DNA of 64,000 bases from Candidatus Krumholzibacteriota bacterium (GCA_963764625.1 CAVXTH010000002.1:1-64000), one strand, 5' to 3'. Numbered from the stretch's first letter, positions 29,873 to 40,908 are shown. A program made the numbers and translations. The notes: a model not told the origin generated them from the letters alone.

Positions 29873-32588
29873 ATGCTGCGGAATCCGCGATTTCAGATGC
29901 GTCTGCTCGCCCTTGCCATATTGGCCCTGTCCTCTCAGCTCTTCGCGCCGACGCGAGAGCCTTAGATCTGGCTCCGTACGTCAACCCCTTCATCGGCACG
30001 GACGACAGCAAGTCACCCCATCCGGTGCCGGGCGGAGCCGGCGGCGCTACCTTCCCCGGGGCGACGGTACCCTTCGGCATGGTACAGCTCAGTCCCGACA
30101 CTCCTACTGCCTCCCCGTCGGGCTACCGCTACAGCGATACCAGCATCGAGGCCTTCAGTCTCACCCACTTCAACGGCGCCGGCTGTCCCAACAACGAAGA
30201 CCTTCCCTTCCTGCCGGTCGTGGGAGAGCTGAGCCTTTCGCCCGGGACCCACTGGTCCGACTACGCCTCCAGCTTATGTGAAGGACACGGAGCTCGCCTC
30301 GCCCGGGTACTACGCCGTGAAGCTGGGCAACTCTGAGCATCGAAGTGGAACTCAGTACGACCACCCGCACCGGCTTCGCGCGGTTCACCTTTCCTCCCAC
30401 TACCGAAGCCCACTTCCTCCTCCACACCGGGCGCAGCGCCACCGGCGTGCGCGAAGGTAGCATCGAAATCGTCTCGCCCAACCGTATCGAAGGCTCGGCA
30501 ACGGCCGGAGGATTCTGCGGATCACACACTAGCTTCCAGATCTACTTCGTGATGGAGTTCGACCGCGATTTCACCGGGTTCGGTACCTGGCTGGGTGACG
30601 AAGTGTCCCCGGATCGGGCCAGCGCGACGGGCTCCCCCTCGGGTGGCTACGTCAACTTCGACACCACGGAAGAGCCCACCGTGCAGATGAAGGTCGGCCT
30701 GTCCTACGTCAGCATTGCCAACGCCGAAGCGAATCTCCGGGCCGAGTCTCCTGGCTGGGACTTCGAAGCCGTAGCGCGCCGATGCCGCGGCGCGCTGGAA
30801 TTCCGTTTTGGGTCGCATCGAGGTGAGCGGGCGGCAGCGAGGAAAACCTGACCAAGTTCTACACGGCCCTGTACCACGTCTTCGAGAACCCCAACGTCGC
30901 CAGCGACGTCAACGGCGAGTACATGGGCTTCGACGAGGTGGTGCACACCGCCGATCGGCCCACCTACCAGAACTACTCGGGCTGGGACATCATCCGCTCC
31001 TGGACCCATCTCATCGCGGCCATCGCGCCGGAGGCGCCAGACATCTTCGCCTCGATGGTAGAGGATGGCGTCGAAGGCGGGCTGCTTCCCTTCTGGTCCC
31101 ACGAAAACGTCGAGACCCAGGTGATGGTGGGCGACCCGGGCACGGTCAACGTGGCCAATGCCTACGCGATGGGCGTGCGTGGCTTCGATACCGGAGCGGC
31201 TCTACAGCTCATGAAGAAGTCCGCGGACGATCCGAACGACACCCAGCGCTGGGGCCTTACGGACTGGCTGAATCTGCACTACGTGGGCAACGCGGCCATC
31301 TCGCTTGAGTACGCCATGGCGGACTTCGCGCTGTCGCGCTTCGCTGGTGCGCTGGGCGACACGGCCGACGCGCGACGCTTTCTGCAGCGATCAGGCAACT
31401 GGCGCAACAGCTGGAACGCGGACGACGGCTTCATCGAGCCTCGAGTCGGAAACATCGACATGGGGGCGGACGCGGCGCGGATCTACGAGCTCGAGGTCTA
31501 CGGTCCCGCACTCTCCGATTCCAATTTGGCACGACAGGGAACGGCCACCGCCAGCGGCGCATGCAATGATCACGAAGGCCCCGAAAAGGCGATCAACGGA
31601 AGCTGGGACGGCGGGACTTCGGACAAGTGGTGCGACAACAGCAGCACCGGCATGTGGTGGCAGCTCGATCTGGGGTCCGTTCGCCGCATCGACCGCATCG
31701 TGATCCGTCACGCCGGCGCGGGCGGTGAACCATCCGACTGGAACACGCAGGACTTCGACCTTGCCGTGAGCACCGATGGCAAGAGCTTCACGACCGTCGC
31801 CGAAGTGCGCGGCAACACTGCTGACGTTTCGACCCACCGCTTCGCAGCGGTCTACGCGCGCTTCGTGCGGCTCGACATCATCACCGAGACCCAACGCGGC
31901 GTCGTGAAAGGCGACTGGGACTGCCAGCCCTTCAATCCCGCGGCCCAATGCGGCTTCGTCGAAGGCAACGGAGCCCAGTACCTGTGGATGGTGCCCCACG
32001 ACCTGGCGGGGCTGATCGAACTGGTGGGCGGACCCGCGGCGGCCAACCAGCGGCTCGACGAGCTGTTCTCCGAGCTGAACGCCGGGAACGAACCGGCCTT
32101 ACTTCTATATAGGGAACGAGCCGGAGCACGGGACTCCGTGGACCTACAACTTCAGCGGTGCGCCCTGGAAAACGCAGGCGGTCGTGCGCCGGATCATGAA
32201 TGAGGAGTTCGGGACCGGTCCTGGCGGATTGCCGGGGAATGACGATCTCGGCGCCACTTCAGCGTGGCTGGTGTGGGCCAGTCTCGGTTTGTACCCGATG
32301 ATCCCGGGCACCGATGCGTTAGTGCTCTCCGGCCCGATGTTCCCCTCGGTTGCGCTGCACTTGGCCAACGGGAATACACTCACGATCGTGGGCGACAAAG
32401 CCGGTCCAAACGCGCCGTACATCCAGGGAGTGCAGGTCGGAGAGAAACCTCTGAAACGGAGTTGGATCCGCTACGCAGACCTCAGCGGCGGAAACACTCT
32501 GAAGTTCACCATGGGGGCTGAGGCCAACAAGAACTGGGGAAGCACGGGAGAAGGTCTGCCGCCGTCGTTCGGTCCGGCGGGTCGCTGA
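29873..32588 (+). pseudogene. GH92 alpha-1,2-mannosidase with inserted F5/8 domain (multiple frameshifts)
   Basis: YVNPFIGT, FPGATVPFGMVQLSPDT, FSLTHFNGAGC, FVEGN...WMVPHD and GLPGNDDLG are spread over several frames. Confidence 0.85.
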
Positions 32589-32589
32589 G

Positions 32590-32853
32590 TTACGACGCTA
32601 CGTAGATCTCCACGCTGTCCGGATGCACTCCATCGTTCCTCATTGCCGCGGCTGCCTCTGGAGTTTTGAGGGCCGCAGTAAGGGCCTCGACACTCGGCAC
32701 GTTTTCGATGATGACTCCTACCTTCTTGCCTCCAGCGGGATCGACGAACGTCCTTACAGTCATCCCGTGTGCACCGAAGAACTCGGCCCGCTTGGACGAG
32801 GCCAGCCAGTGGGCAACATCATCGACCTCGTGCACTGCGATCACCGTCTTCAT
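32590..32853 (-). CDS. small hypothetical protein (cyclase/ferredoxin-like)
   Basis: HEVDD..HW...AAAAMRNDGV, RBS GAGGA. Confidence 0.65.
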   Translation of the reverse strand: MKTVIAVHEVDDVAHWLASSKRAEFFGAHGMTVRTFVDPAGGKKVGVIIENVPSVEALTAALKTPEAAAAMRNDGVHPDSVEIYVAS

Positions 32854-32919
32854 TCTGATATCCTCTCTTTGGGGGGAAATTCAAGCCGAGATACTAGCAC
32901 GTTCCTGCACATGCATTCT

Positions 32920-34419
32920 TCAATCGAAATGTCGGAGCACGGACCAGAAGCCGGCGGCCGGCCGCTGCAGCCCACGGCAGTAGGCGATTGGGCCCCCTGT
33001 GTCCTCGTTCTTGAACTTCCCAACCCCCTCGACATCACCCAGTGGCCTCACTTCGGAGTATTGCTTCCGGAGCCAATCGAGGTCGTACCCGATGGTAATG
33101 AGCGGGTCGAGAGAGGGCACCTCCTCCCAGAATGTGTAGCCATTGTGGCCGCAGACCGCCGCCGGAAGTCCACGCAAGGAGCCGTAGACATCCACCGCGC
33201 CTGCAATTCCGTAGTTGGAGGCCAGGATTTTCATGCCGTCCCGCTCGGTTGGAGGCAGTTGCTCGTACAGGTCTACGGTCTGAGCGGCAAGCTCTTTCCA
33301 CCCGAACATGTTTTGCCAGTCGTCGTGCGGCAGGTGCTCGACCAGACGGCCCAACTGCGCCTGAGGAATCACAGGGAGGAAGAACGGCAGCATCCATACC
33401 TGCGAGGCCAGCAACAAGACGGCCCCTCGTTTCGCTCCTCGATCCGTACTCCGGGCCAAGTGTCGCTCGACCACCACGGCACCACCGGCAAACAAGAGCG
33501 GCAACGTCGGCCCCACGTAGTAGGGCTTCCCGCCAGTCACCAGGAAGACAGCCCAGACCACCGCCGCGGCCACCCCCAGAGCTCGCCAGCGGAGCCCGGC
33601 ATCCCGGCCCAGCAGGAACTTGAAACCACCGCCCAACAGCAGCACACCCATGATCGGTCCGGTCATGCCGGCAGCAAGCGCCAGGAAGGTCCACGGTTTA
33701 ACCTCTTCGCCGGCACGATTGTGAGCGATGAACTGCAGCAGCGGCCAACCGCGCTCCGCCTGCCAGAAGAGCGTCGGCGCAACCGCGATCGCTGCGAGTA
33801 AAGCGCCAGCCCAGAGCCAGGGGGATCGCAGCAACGCCCGCTGGGGCGTCACCAGAAGACCGACCAGCAGACCGAATCCCCATGCCAGGATCGTCAACTT
33901 TGCCAAGAGACCCAGGCCGAGCAGAAGGCCGAACAACAGGAAGAGTCGCTTCTCTCCCCCGTCGATGATCGCGACCAGGACGGCAGCGCTGGCCGCCCAC
34001 CACAATTGATCCAGCGAGACAGTCTGTAGCATCGAGTTCGACAAAAGGAATAGCGGTGAAACCACGACAGCAAGTGCCGAGAGGACTTGGGCCAGGCGTC
34101 CACCACCGAAGCGCCGTGCCATCCAACCGGCAAGAACGACCAGGATCGCGCCCGCCAGGGCCGGCCAAAGACGTAACCAGAACGGCGAGACCCCACGCAG
34201 GTGTTCGGTAACAGCCGCGAGCCACGGCACCAGAGGAGGATGGTCGGGGTAGCTCCAGGCCAGATGCCGACCGCACATCACATAGTACAGTTCGTCCCGG
34301 TGCAGCGGATAGTGGGCCGCCGTCAACAAGTGCAGAAGCAGCTTGAGTCCTCCGAGGGCGAAGACAAACCGCGATAGAGGTGCTGAAGGAGCCTCTTCAA
34401 TCTCAATCGTATGGGACAT
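32920..34419 (-). CDS. glycosyltransferase family 39 / ArnT-like protein
   Basis: HRDELYYVMCGRHLAWSYPDHPPL, many TM helices, GKPYY, SNYG. Confidence 0.85.
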   Translation of the reverse strand: MSHTIEIEEAPSAPLSRFVFALGGLKLLLHLLTAAHYPLHRDELYYVMCGRHLAWSYPDHPPLVPWLAAVTEHLRGVSPFWLRLWPALAGAILVVLAGWMARRFGGGRLAQVLSALAVVVSPLFLLSNSMLQTVSLDQLWWAASAAVLVAIIDGGEKRLFLLFGLLLGLGLLAKLTILAWGFGLLVGLLVTPQRALLRSPWLWAGALLAAIAVAPTLFWQAERGWPLLQFIAHNRAGEEVKPWTFLALAAGMTGPIMGVLLLGGGFKFLLGRDAGLRWRALGVAAAVVWAVFLVTGGKPYYVGPTLPLLFAGGAVVVERHLARSTDRGAKRGAVLLLASQVWMLPFFLPVIPQAQLGRLVEHLPHDDWQNMFGWKELAAQTVDLYEQLPPTERDGMKILASNYGIAGAVDVYGSLRGLPAAVCGHNGYTFWEEVPSLDPLITIGYDLDWLRKQYSEVRPLGDVEGVGKFKNEDTGGPIAYCRGLQRPAAGFWSVLRHFD

Positions 34420-34464
34420 GAAGCTCCTTGCAAGCCAGCCGACAAGCGCCAACAGCCCGCACCG

Positions 34465-34827
34465 CTACGGTAGCAACGATCGCAACGCTACAACCTCGTC
34501 GGCGCTCATAACGATTTGGGTTTCGCGATTGTCCAGATCCAGCTGCACCAAGAACTCACGACACGCCCCACATGGCGGAATAGCTACGCCATTGCTATCC
34601 ACGGCTGCAACCATGGATACTTTCGTTTCGCCGCTCTTCAGCATCTCTGCCGCCGCCGCTCGTTCCGCACAGAATCCAAGACCACATCGAAGGTCCACGC
34701 ATATCCCCGTAAATAAGTTGCCGGAGTGCGTATAGAGCGCCGCCGCTACAGTGGCGCATGACCCGCCGGGTAGCGCGCGCGGAGACGCAAGCTGGGCTGC
34801 TATTCGAATCAGCTCTCTCGCAGTCAT
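34465..34827 (-). CDS. cdd: cytidine deaminase (homotetrameric type)
   Basis: CAERAA and PPCGACRE Zn motifs. Confidence 0.8.
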   Translation of the reverse strand: MTARELIRIAAQLASPRALPGGSCATVAAALYTHSGNLFTGICVDLRCGLGFCAERAAAAEMLKSGETKVSMVAAVDSNGVAIPPCGACREFLVQLDLDNRETQIVMSADEVVALRSLLP

Positions 34828-34946
34828 CTTAGCACCGACTCCCCACGCAACCAGGACTATACTGTGCGACTACTTTCCGTTTCGGGTACGAGCCACGTGG
34901 CCATTCCCGAAAGCCTGACGTCGGCTTCATCTGCTAGAAGCTCCTG

Positions 34947-35354
34947 CTAGACTCCGCCACTTTCACCAATCCGTCGGAGCGGCCTGTCTCGAACTATCAG
35001 GAAGCCGGAGGCGGCAGCAAAGAAAGCATACACGGCCACAATGAGCCAACCCAATGCGTTCAGAACGCTCGACAGAGTCGCCTGAAGGGTTACTACCATA
35101 GCAATCGCATCATAGACCAGGAGATAGAGAAGGATCGCGCCTCTGGCGTCAGAGGCCCGGACGTCTTTGGCGAACCACATCAGGAGTAGTGCCCCCATGA
35201 GGGCAGAGCCGTACTCACGACCCGTGAACGCTCCGCCGGCGCCCAGGTTTGCACCCAGAATGCCGAGCAATGTCGTTGGCGCAGCAAGCAGGAAAACTCC
35301 AAAGACCAAACAGACCGCGGCCTTTGCGACGAGCAACATTCGGTATGACACCAT
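34947..35354 (-). CDS. hypothetical membrane protein
   Basis: ATG with GGAGG, four TM helices. Confidence 0.65.
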   Translation of the reverse strand: MVSYRMLLVAKAAVCLVFGVFLLAAPTTLLGILGANLGAGGAFTGREYGSALMGALLLMWFAKDVRASDARGAILLYLLVYDAIAMVVTLQATLSSVLNALGWLIVAVYAFFAAASGFLIVRDRPLRRIGESGGV

Positions 35355-35664
35355 CTGCCTCCCTTCAGGTAATACTCTCGGGAGCCCAACGTGAATTCTA
35401 CAGCCTCGTGCAAGGAGCCCGCTACGAGGGACCAACACCAGTAGGGATCCTACGTGGATCCCAGGGACCAAGCAAGCCGTCGGTTGCCAGGGGCCTGCAT
35501 TCCATGGCGTTCTTGCCGGTGCGCCTTGAGTCAGAGCTGGGTACGTGGCAGCGATCAGATGCACTGCAACCTTTCGGTTCCCTCTCACGTCCAACGGATA
35601 GATGCCAAAAGATCAGTATCCCCCGTGAGCTGCTGAAGCCTCCGTTGAGTCGGAGGCTTGGCCC

Positions 35665-38400
35665 TTGGAGGCAATCGTGAGCCCTCCCTCAGCCAACCGA
35701 GAGGTCCACACCATTTCTGCGGTGCGTTGGGCCGCCGCTGTCGTGTTCCTTCTTTTCCTGTTCATCTCGGGCGGCACGGCGTGGGCTCGCCAAGGTGGCC
35801 CGGGTTCGACGAGCGAGCTGCACGTCGAGCCTCTGAAGTCCGTCAAGGCCCACCGTCTTAACGACACAGTCAAGATCGATGGCGTACTTGACGAAGCCGA
35901 TTGGCAGGGAGAAGGCACCGATGGCTTCGTCCAGAACGAGCCGAACAATGGAGCCGCGCCCGTGCACCAGACGCGCTTTTGGGTCGGTTACGACGCGGAC
36001 GCGATCTACCTGGCCATTCGCTGTTTCGACGACGCCCCCGACTCCATCGATACGGCCATCGGCCGCCGGGACAGCGGAATCGATACCGACAAGGTCTACT
36101 TGGAGCTGGACACCTATAACGACGACCGTACCTGCTTTGAATTCATGGTCAGCGCCGGCGGCTACATTCTCGATGCTTCCGAGTACAACGAAGGCTGGGA
36201 GGATATGTCCTGGGACGGGGTGTGGGATGCCGCGGCCCGCGTCGACGACCAGGGATGGGCGGCTGAGATGCGCATCCCCTTCTCGCAGCTTCGCTACAGC
36301 AAGGACGACGACCAGGTGTGGGGGATCAACATCACGCGCTTCATCAAACGCGATCATGGCCGGGAGGATCTGTTCTGGAAGGAGCGCAACGAGTCGGGTC
36401 ACATCAGCCGCTTTCCCGATCTGGTGGGCATGCATGGACTACATGTGGACAGACAGCGTGAGGCAATTCTGTACGGGGTGGGCAAGGGTGAGTATCTGCA
36501 GACTACAAACGGCGACCCGTTCAACGACGGCTCCAAGTACCTATACGACGTCGGCGGTGATCTCAAATGGGCTCTGGGAAGCAATCTCACTCTGAACGCC
36601 ACCGTCAATCCCGATTTCGGTCAGGTCGAGGTGGATCCCGCCGTGGTCAATCTCTCGGATGTGGAGACGTTCTTCGATGAGAAGCGCCCCTTCTTCGTGC
36701 AGGACAGCAATACCTTCCGGTTTGGCCGCAATGGGACCAACAACAACTGGAACTTCAACTGGAGTGATCCGACCCTGTTCTACAGCCGCCGCGTAGGACG
36801 CACCCCGCAGTTAGGCGTGACCGACAATGCCGACTACACTGACGACCCGGCGGGCACCACCATCTTGGGGGCGGCCAAGCTCACCGGGAAGGTGGGTAGC
36901 ACCAGCATCGGTGGACTCACGGCGCTGACCTCGGCCGAGTTCCACGAGCTGGCGTCGGGTCCAGTGCGATCGCGGCAGCTCGCCGAGCCCCTCACCAGCT
37001 ATACTGTCCTGCGGGCCAATCGGACTAATGCCGATGCCAGCCACGCCCTGGGGTTCATGTTCACGGCTACCGAGCGCAATCTCAGCGATCAAAACGCGCG
37101 CCAGTCGCTGACCCGCCAAGCGTATGCCACGGGCATCGACGGCTGGACCTATCTGGACAGCGATCGGCGCTGGGCGCTGCGCGGCTATCTGAGCGGCAGC
37201 CTCATCCAGGGCGAGACCGCGGCCATCCAGGCGCAGCAGCTGTCATCGAGGCGTTACTACCAGCGGCCCGACGCCGGCTATCTGCATTACGACCCCAATC
37301 GCACCCAGCTCAGCGGATGGACCTCGCGTCTGATGCTCAACAAGCAGAAGGGCGCCTACACACTCAACACCGCCTTGGGAGCCGTATCACCGGGATATGA
37401 GATCAACGATCTGGGCTTCCAGTGGCGCGGCGACGTCGTCAACTTCCACATGGTCGCGGGTCGGCGTTGGACCGAACCCAACCGCGTGTTTCGCAACCGT
37501 GGCGTTACCCTGGGCGGGTACTCGACCTGGGATTTCGGTGGCACTCGCAACGGCGGCGGCGTGGGTCTGTTCTGGAACGCCACGCTGGCCAACTACTGGT
37601 GGGCCGATGGTCAGTTCTTCTACAACCCCCAGTCCGACAACACGCGTGCCACCCGGGGCGGCCCCGTGCTGCGCAACCCCACCAACCGCGAGTTCTATCT
37701 GGAAGTGGGTACGGACTCGCGGCGCTGGTATCAGCTGTCGAGCGAAGTGGCGTCCTCGTGGATGGGAGACGGCACCCGCACCGCCAACGGTGGCCTGAAC
37801 CTAAATCTGAAACCCACCCCCGCCCTGCAGATCAGCATGGGGCATGAACTGAGCTGGACCTACGACAGGAGCCAGTACGTCGACACGCGGGAGGATCCCA
37901 TGTCGGCCACCTATGGTCATCGCTACCTGTTTAGCGACCTCCACTATCGCGAGCTGAGCATGAGCATGCGCGTGGACTGGTCGTTCACCCCGCAGCTCAC
38001 GCTGCAGACCTACGTGCAGCCTCTCATCGCCGTGGGCCGCTACAGCGAAATCAAGGAGTTCACCGATCCCGGTGGTTACGCATTCAAGACCTACGGCAAG
38101 GATGGGGGCAGCAGCCTCGCCTACGACGCCGCCAGCGACGTGTACACCATCGATCCCGGCGATGGCGGTGATCCCTTCACCCTGGACAACCCTAATTTCA
38201 ACTTCAAGTCGCTACGGCTGAACATGGTGTTGCGCTGGGAGTATCTGCCGGGCTCGACCTTCTACCTGGTGTGGACGCGCAACGGCACGAACTTCGATCA
38301 TCCCGGACAGCTCGATCTGAGCCGTGACATCGACGCGCTGCTCAAGGCGCCCAGCGACGACGTGGTGTTGGTCAAGCTGACGCGGTGGTTCGATTTCTAG
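35665..38400 (+). CDS. CBM9-like / DUF5916 outer-membrane protein
   Basis: IDGVLDEADW, AEMRIPFSQLRY, NPDFGQVEVD, FFDEKRPFF, terminal Phe. Confidence 0.85.
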   Translation: MEAIVSPPSANREVHTISAVRWAAAVVFLLFLFISGGTAWARQGGPGSTSELHVEPLKSVKAHRLNDTVKIDGVLDEADWQGEGTDGFVQNEPNNGAAPVHQTRFWVGYDADAIYLAIRCFDDAPDSIDTAIGRRDSGIDTDKVYLELDTYNDDRTCFEFMVSAGGYILDASEYNEGWEDMSWDGVWDAAARVDDQGWAAEMRIPFSQLRYSKDDDQVWGINITRFIKRDHGREDLFWKERNESGHISRFPDLVGMHGLHVDRQREAILYGVGKGEYLQTTNGDPFNDGSKYLYDVGGDLKWALGSNLTLNATVNPDFGQVEVDPAVVNLSDVETFFDEKRPFFVQDSNTFRFGRNGTNNNWNFNWSDPTLFYSRRVGRTPQLGVTDNADYTDDPAGTTILGAAKLTGKVGSTSIGGLTALTSAEFHELASGPVRSRQLAEPLTSYTVLRANRTNADASHALGFMFTATERNLSDQNARQSLTRQAYATGIDGWTYLDSDRRWALRGYLSGSLIQGETAAIQAQQLSSRRYYQRPDAGYLHYDPNRTQLSGWTSRLMLNKQKGAYTLNTALGAVSPGYEINDLGFQWRGDVVNFHMVAGRRWTEPNRVFRNRGVTLGGYSTWDFGGTRNGGGVGLFWNATLANYWWADGQFFYNPQSDNTRATRGGPVLRNPTNREFYLEVGTDSRRWYQLSSEVASSWMGDGTRTANGGLNLNLKPTPALQISMGHELSWTYDRSQYVDTREDPMSATYGHRYLFSDLHYRELSMSMRVDWSFTPQLTLQTYVQPLIAVGRYSEIKEFTDPGGYAFKTYGKDGGSSLAYDAASDVYTIDPGDGGDPFTLDNPNFNFKSLRLNMVLRWEYLPGSTFYLVWTRNGTNFDHPGQLDLSRDIDALLKAPSDDVVLVKLTRWFDF

Positions 38401-38444
38401 GGGCGAGGTGGCGGGCGAGAGGCTGACTCGTCGTCGCAGTAGGA

Positions 38445-38636
38445 TCATTCATCCTCCGACTTTGCTTCGATGCTCACTACCTCGCCCTCAGATGTAACCA
38501 CGGTGATGACGATCGGTCGACAACACACACTGCAGTCTTCAACGTATTCCTGGCGCCTCACTGAGCAGTCGACCACCACCTCGATCTGCTCCCAGCAGTA
38601 CGGGCACTGGATCGATGCGGATTGGAGATTCGACAT
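38445..38636 (-). CDS. CPXCG-motif cysteine-rich protein
   Basis: CPYCWE...YVEDCSVCCRPI. Confidence 0.85.
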   Translation of the reverse strand: MSNLQSASIQCPYCWEQIEVVVDCSVRRQEYVEDCSVCCRPIVITVVTSEGEVVSIEAKSEDE

Positions 38637-38791
38637 CTTGGTTCCCAGAGGGTCCAGAAGAGTGTGCGCAGTCAGTAGCTTGATGATTCTGCTCAGATCT
38701 GCCTCACTGATCAAGCTAGTATCAACGGCGTTGACCGTGGAGTTCGTACGTCGGAACGGGAGCATCCGGGGCCAGGTGGACCCCGAGACCC

Positions 38792-39454
38792 TCATTGCCT
38801 CCAGCGCTCCAATCTGAGATGCGGCCACTGCACACGCTCTGGCTCCATGTTCAGTTCAACCGATATGCGCTTGCGCAGAACCTCCTCATCAACGAGGGAA
38901 CTGCTCAGCGGATCCTCACTTGGATATTCGGGTGCCAGCGCCACCCAGAGTTCCGCGATCTCCAGCTCCGTCGCGTTCAGTGAGCCGCGGGTCGCCAAAA
39001 CACCCCACTTCGCCCTGTAGTCGGGGTCCGCTCCCGGTAGGCCCTGTCCGGCCTTGCCGTCGGCCGCGAAGAAACCATCCGCATACCTCGCAGTGGATCC
39101 CACCAGGGACTTGCTCGGAAAGAGTGTGACCTGCGTGAGATCGAGACCGTACTCCTCGTGGAGCTCCCAAGCGGCCCTCGCCAGAGTCTGGGCATGCTCC
39201 TGGAAGGTCGATGAATCAGACACAATGTTCCAGTGTCGTGCCGTCCGCTCGTTCGATGGATTCAACTCGTTGCTGCTCACGACCTGGTAGGGGCGCGCTT
39301 CTGACGTGGAGATACCAAAACCAGCTCCCGATAAGCACATGGCCAGCGGTACAACGACGGCGAATGCGAGCCGGTGGCTCCACACTATCTCGTCATCTCG
39401 TTGGCCGACCAACTGATAGCCGCCAACTTCCACTTTCCTGAAATCTTTTGCCAA
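38792..39454 (-). CDS. hypothetical exported protein (start uncertain, probably near 39340-39390)
   Basis: Long ORF with a hydrophobic segment. The 5' end overlaps the next gene. Confidence 0.5.
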   Translation of the reverse strand: MAKDFRKVEVGGYQLVGQRDDEIVWSHRLAFAVVVPLAMCLSGAGFGISTSEARPYQVVSSNELNPSNERTARHWNIVSDSSTFQEHAQTLARAAWELHEEYGLDLTQVTLFPSKSLVGSTARYADGFFAADGKAGQGLPGADPDYRAKWGVLATRGSLNATELEIAELWVALAPEYPSEDPLSSSLVDEEVLRKRISVELNMEPERVQWPHLRLERWRQ

Positions 39455-39876
39455 ACACCCAAATACTTGCCGACGGCCACCGTTCTTTCGCCCGATATTT
39501 CGAGCGCCATTTGGCTTCTCCCGTCGAAATACGCCAAGTCGCCCGAAGACCCCGCCACAATTGCTTCAGGCGTTCCAGATATTTCGATGAAGGGGAACTT
39601 GAACCATTGGGTGTCATAAAACACCCTGATGGCCTCATACCCCACAATTGGTGAATGCCCCGGAGGCTGAAAGACGGCGTGAGGAGCAATAAACTCCATT
39701 ACACCGTCCAGGTCCCGTTGCTCTTCAGCCCGTAGAAGAGCCAGATCAGCTTCACGGATCTGCGCCTCTATCGATTCAGTATCAACTGAACGGCCATTGG
39801 TACTGGCACAGCCACCTAACGTCGCGACGGCTACCACCAACAGGGTAAAAGCTAAATGTCGACTCATTATTGGCAC
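39385..39876 (-). CDS. SnoaL/NTF2-like (DUF4440) lipoprotein, gene cassette
   Basis: LGGC lipobox, SGDLAY, GKYLGVWQK...WK. Confidence 0.8.
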   Translation of the reverse strand: MPIMSRHLAFTLLVVAVATLGGCASTNGRSVDTESIEAQIREADLALLRAEEQRDLDGVMEFIAPHAVFQPPGHSPIVGYEAIRVFYDTQWFKFPFIEISGTPEAIVAGSSGDLAYFDGRSQMALEISGERTVAVGKYLGVWQKISGKWKLAAISWSANEMTR

Positions 39877-39910
39877 CCCTCGTTGTCTTCTACGTCGTTG
39901 ACTTCCGATG

Positions 39911-39976
39911 GTATAACGCTAGAGCTAAGTGGCTGAATCGCCACGTGGCACAGTCTATTTGAGCGAATTGTCATGC
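39911..39976. mobile_element. attC site
   Basis: GTATAAC...GCTAAGTGGCTG / CAGTCTATTTGAGC...GTCATGC imperfect palindrome. Confidence 0.65.
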
Positions 39977-39995
39977 TACCTCCACAAGATATTGC

Positions 39996-40306
39996 TCAGC
40001 CGCGCCACTTTGATAAGAGCCAGAAAAGGGCGGCGGAATTCATGATTGTAATAAGTGATGAAAACAACATCGGACGCTCTTTCCGAAATAGCGATATGCA
40101 TCCCAATATGAACCCTAGTAAAAGAACACCGCCGAAACCGACCAACCCGGCGGCAATACCTTCATAACCCAGAAGATCCTCGGATGGACAAAAAGGGCCG
40201 CACTGATTCGACCAAATGGAAACGCTGCTATCAAACAAGCTAACCCTACGAAAGCAAAACTTGGCTTTTTCAAATAACCGATTACTTGCTCATCATTTTT
40301 TGGCAT
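39996..40306 (-). pseudogene. small membrane-protein cassette (frameshift near 40185)
   Basis: Two overlapping hydrophobic ORFs. The ATG lies inside a GTTATGC core site. Confidence 0.5.
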
Positions 40307-40375
40307 AACGTTGGCTTCACCTGCAAGTGCGGATGGCGAGTTACAGACATCCAGCGAATCAAGCGCCTCTTATTT
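40303..40375. mobile_element. partial attC site
   Basis: GCATAACGTTGGCTTCACCTGCAAG matches the arms at 40812 and 50127. The other arm is degraded. Confidence 0.6.
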
Positions 40376-40533
40376 CGATTCAGCCGTTCCCGACTTACAA
40401 TGTTCGGCAAATGCCAAAACGTGGCCGTCGGAATCCATGCTGTATACCAGAAAACACCGCAAGCCGATCAAGAGTGGACTGACTTCCTTCGCGCCATTTG
40501 CAATTGAACGACTATGATACACTGACGCGTAAT

Positions 40534-40788
40534 CTACGACCGAGTCGACTCGGCGCGAGGTACGCCTGAGGCCGTGGCGGGATCCGGAATCGCCCTGCCG
40601 GTCGCCGACAACTCCCTCCCTGGCATCAAACCCAGATTTCCGCCACTTACCAACGGAAACTCGGTCATGCCCGGGACGTTAAGAATCGGTTCAACACCGA
40701 GTACTGCGCGATAGAATTCACAGCTACGCTCCTGGCTTGAAACGTAGAACACGATAAGCGCTCGATGCACTGGACCCGTCAAAGTCAA
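40534..40788 (-). pseudogene. VOC/glyoxalase cassette, 3' truncated
   Basis: FYVSSQERSCEFY...PILNVPGMTEF...GVPRAE ends prematurely. Confidence 0.6.
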
Positions 40789-40811
40789 TCCTCCGTCAAT
40801 TCCCTACGTCC

Positions 40812-40908
40812 TCATAACGCTGAGTTCACCTGCAAAGACGATTGGCGCGCCCCTCGTCCCACCAGGGTCACAACGAGCGGCTTTGGCAGGTGCAAGCTCC
40901 TGTTAGGC
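40812..40908. mobile_element. attC site (97 bp)
   Basis: TCATAAC...TTCACCTGCAAAG / CTTTGGCAGGTGCAA...GTTAGGC. Confidence 0.85.

Noticed and set aside
29873-32588. Programmed ribosomal frameshifting in GH92 or the hybrid kinase
   Set aside because: There are too many shifts and no slippery heptamers. Sequencing indels or decay are simpler explanations.
32623-33801. Long antisense ORFs (also 57808-58974, 8333-9286, 17106-17999, 6377-7252)
   Set aside because: These are shadow frames of well-supported opposite-strand genes in GC-rich DNA and carry no motifs.
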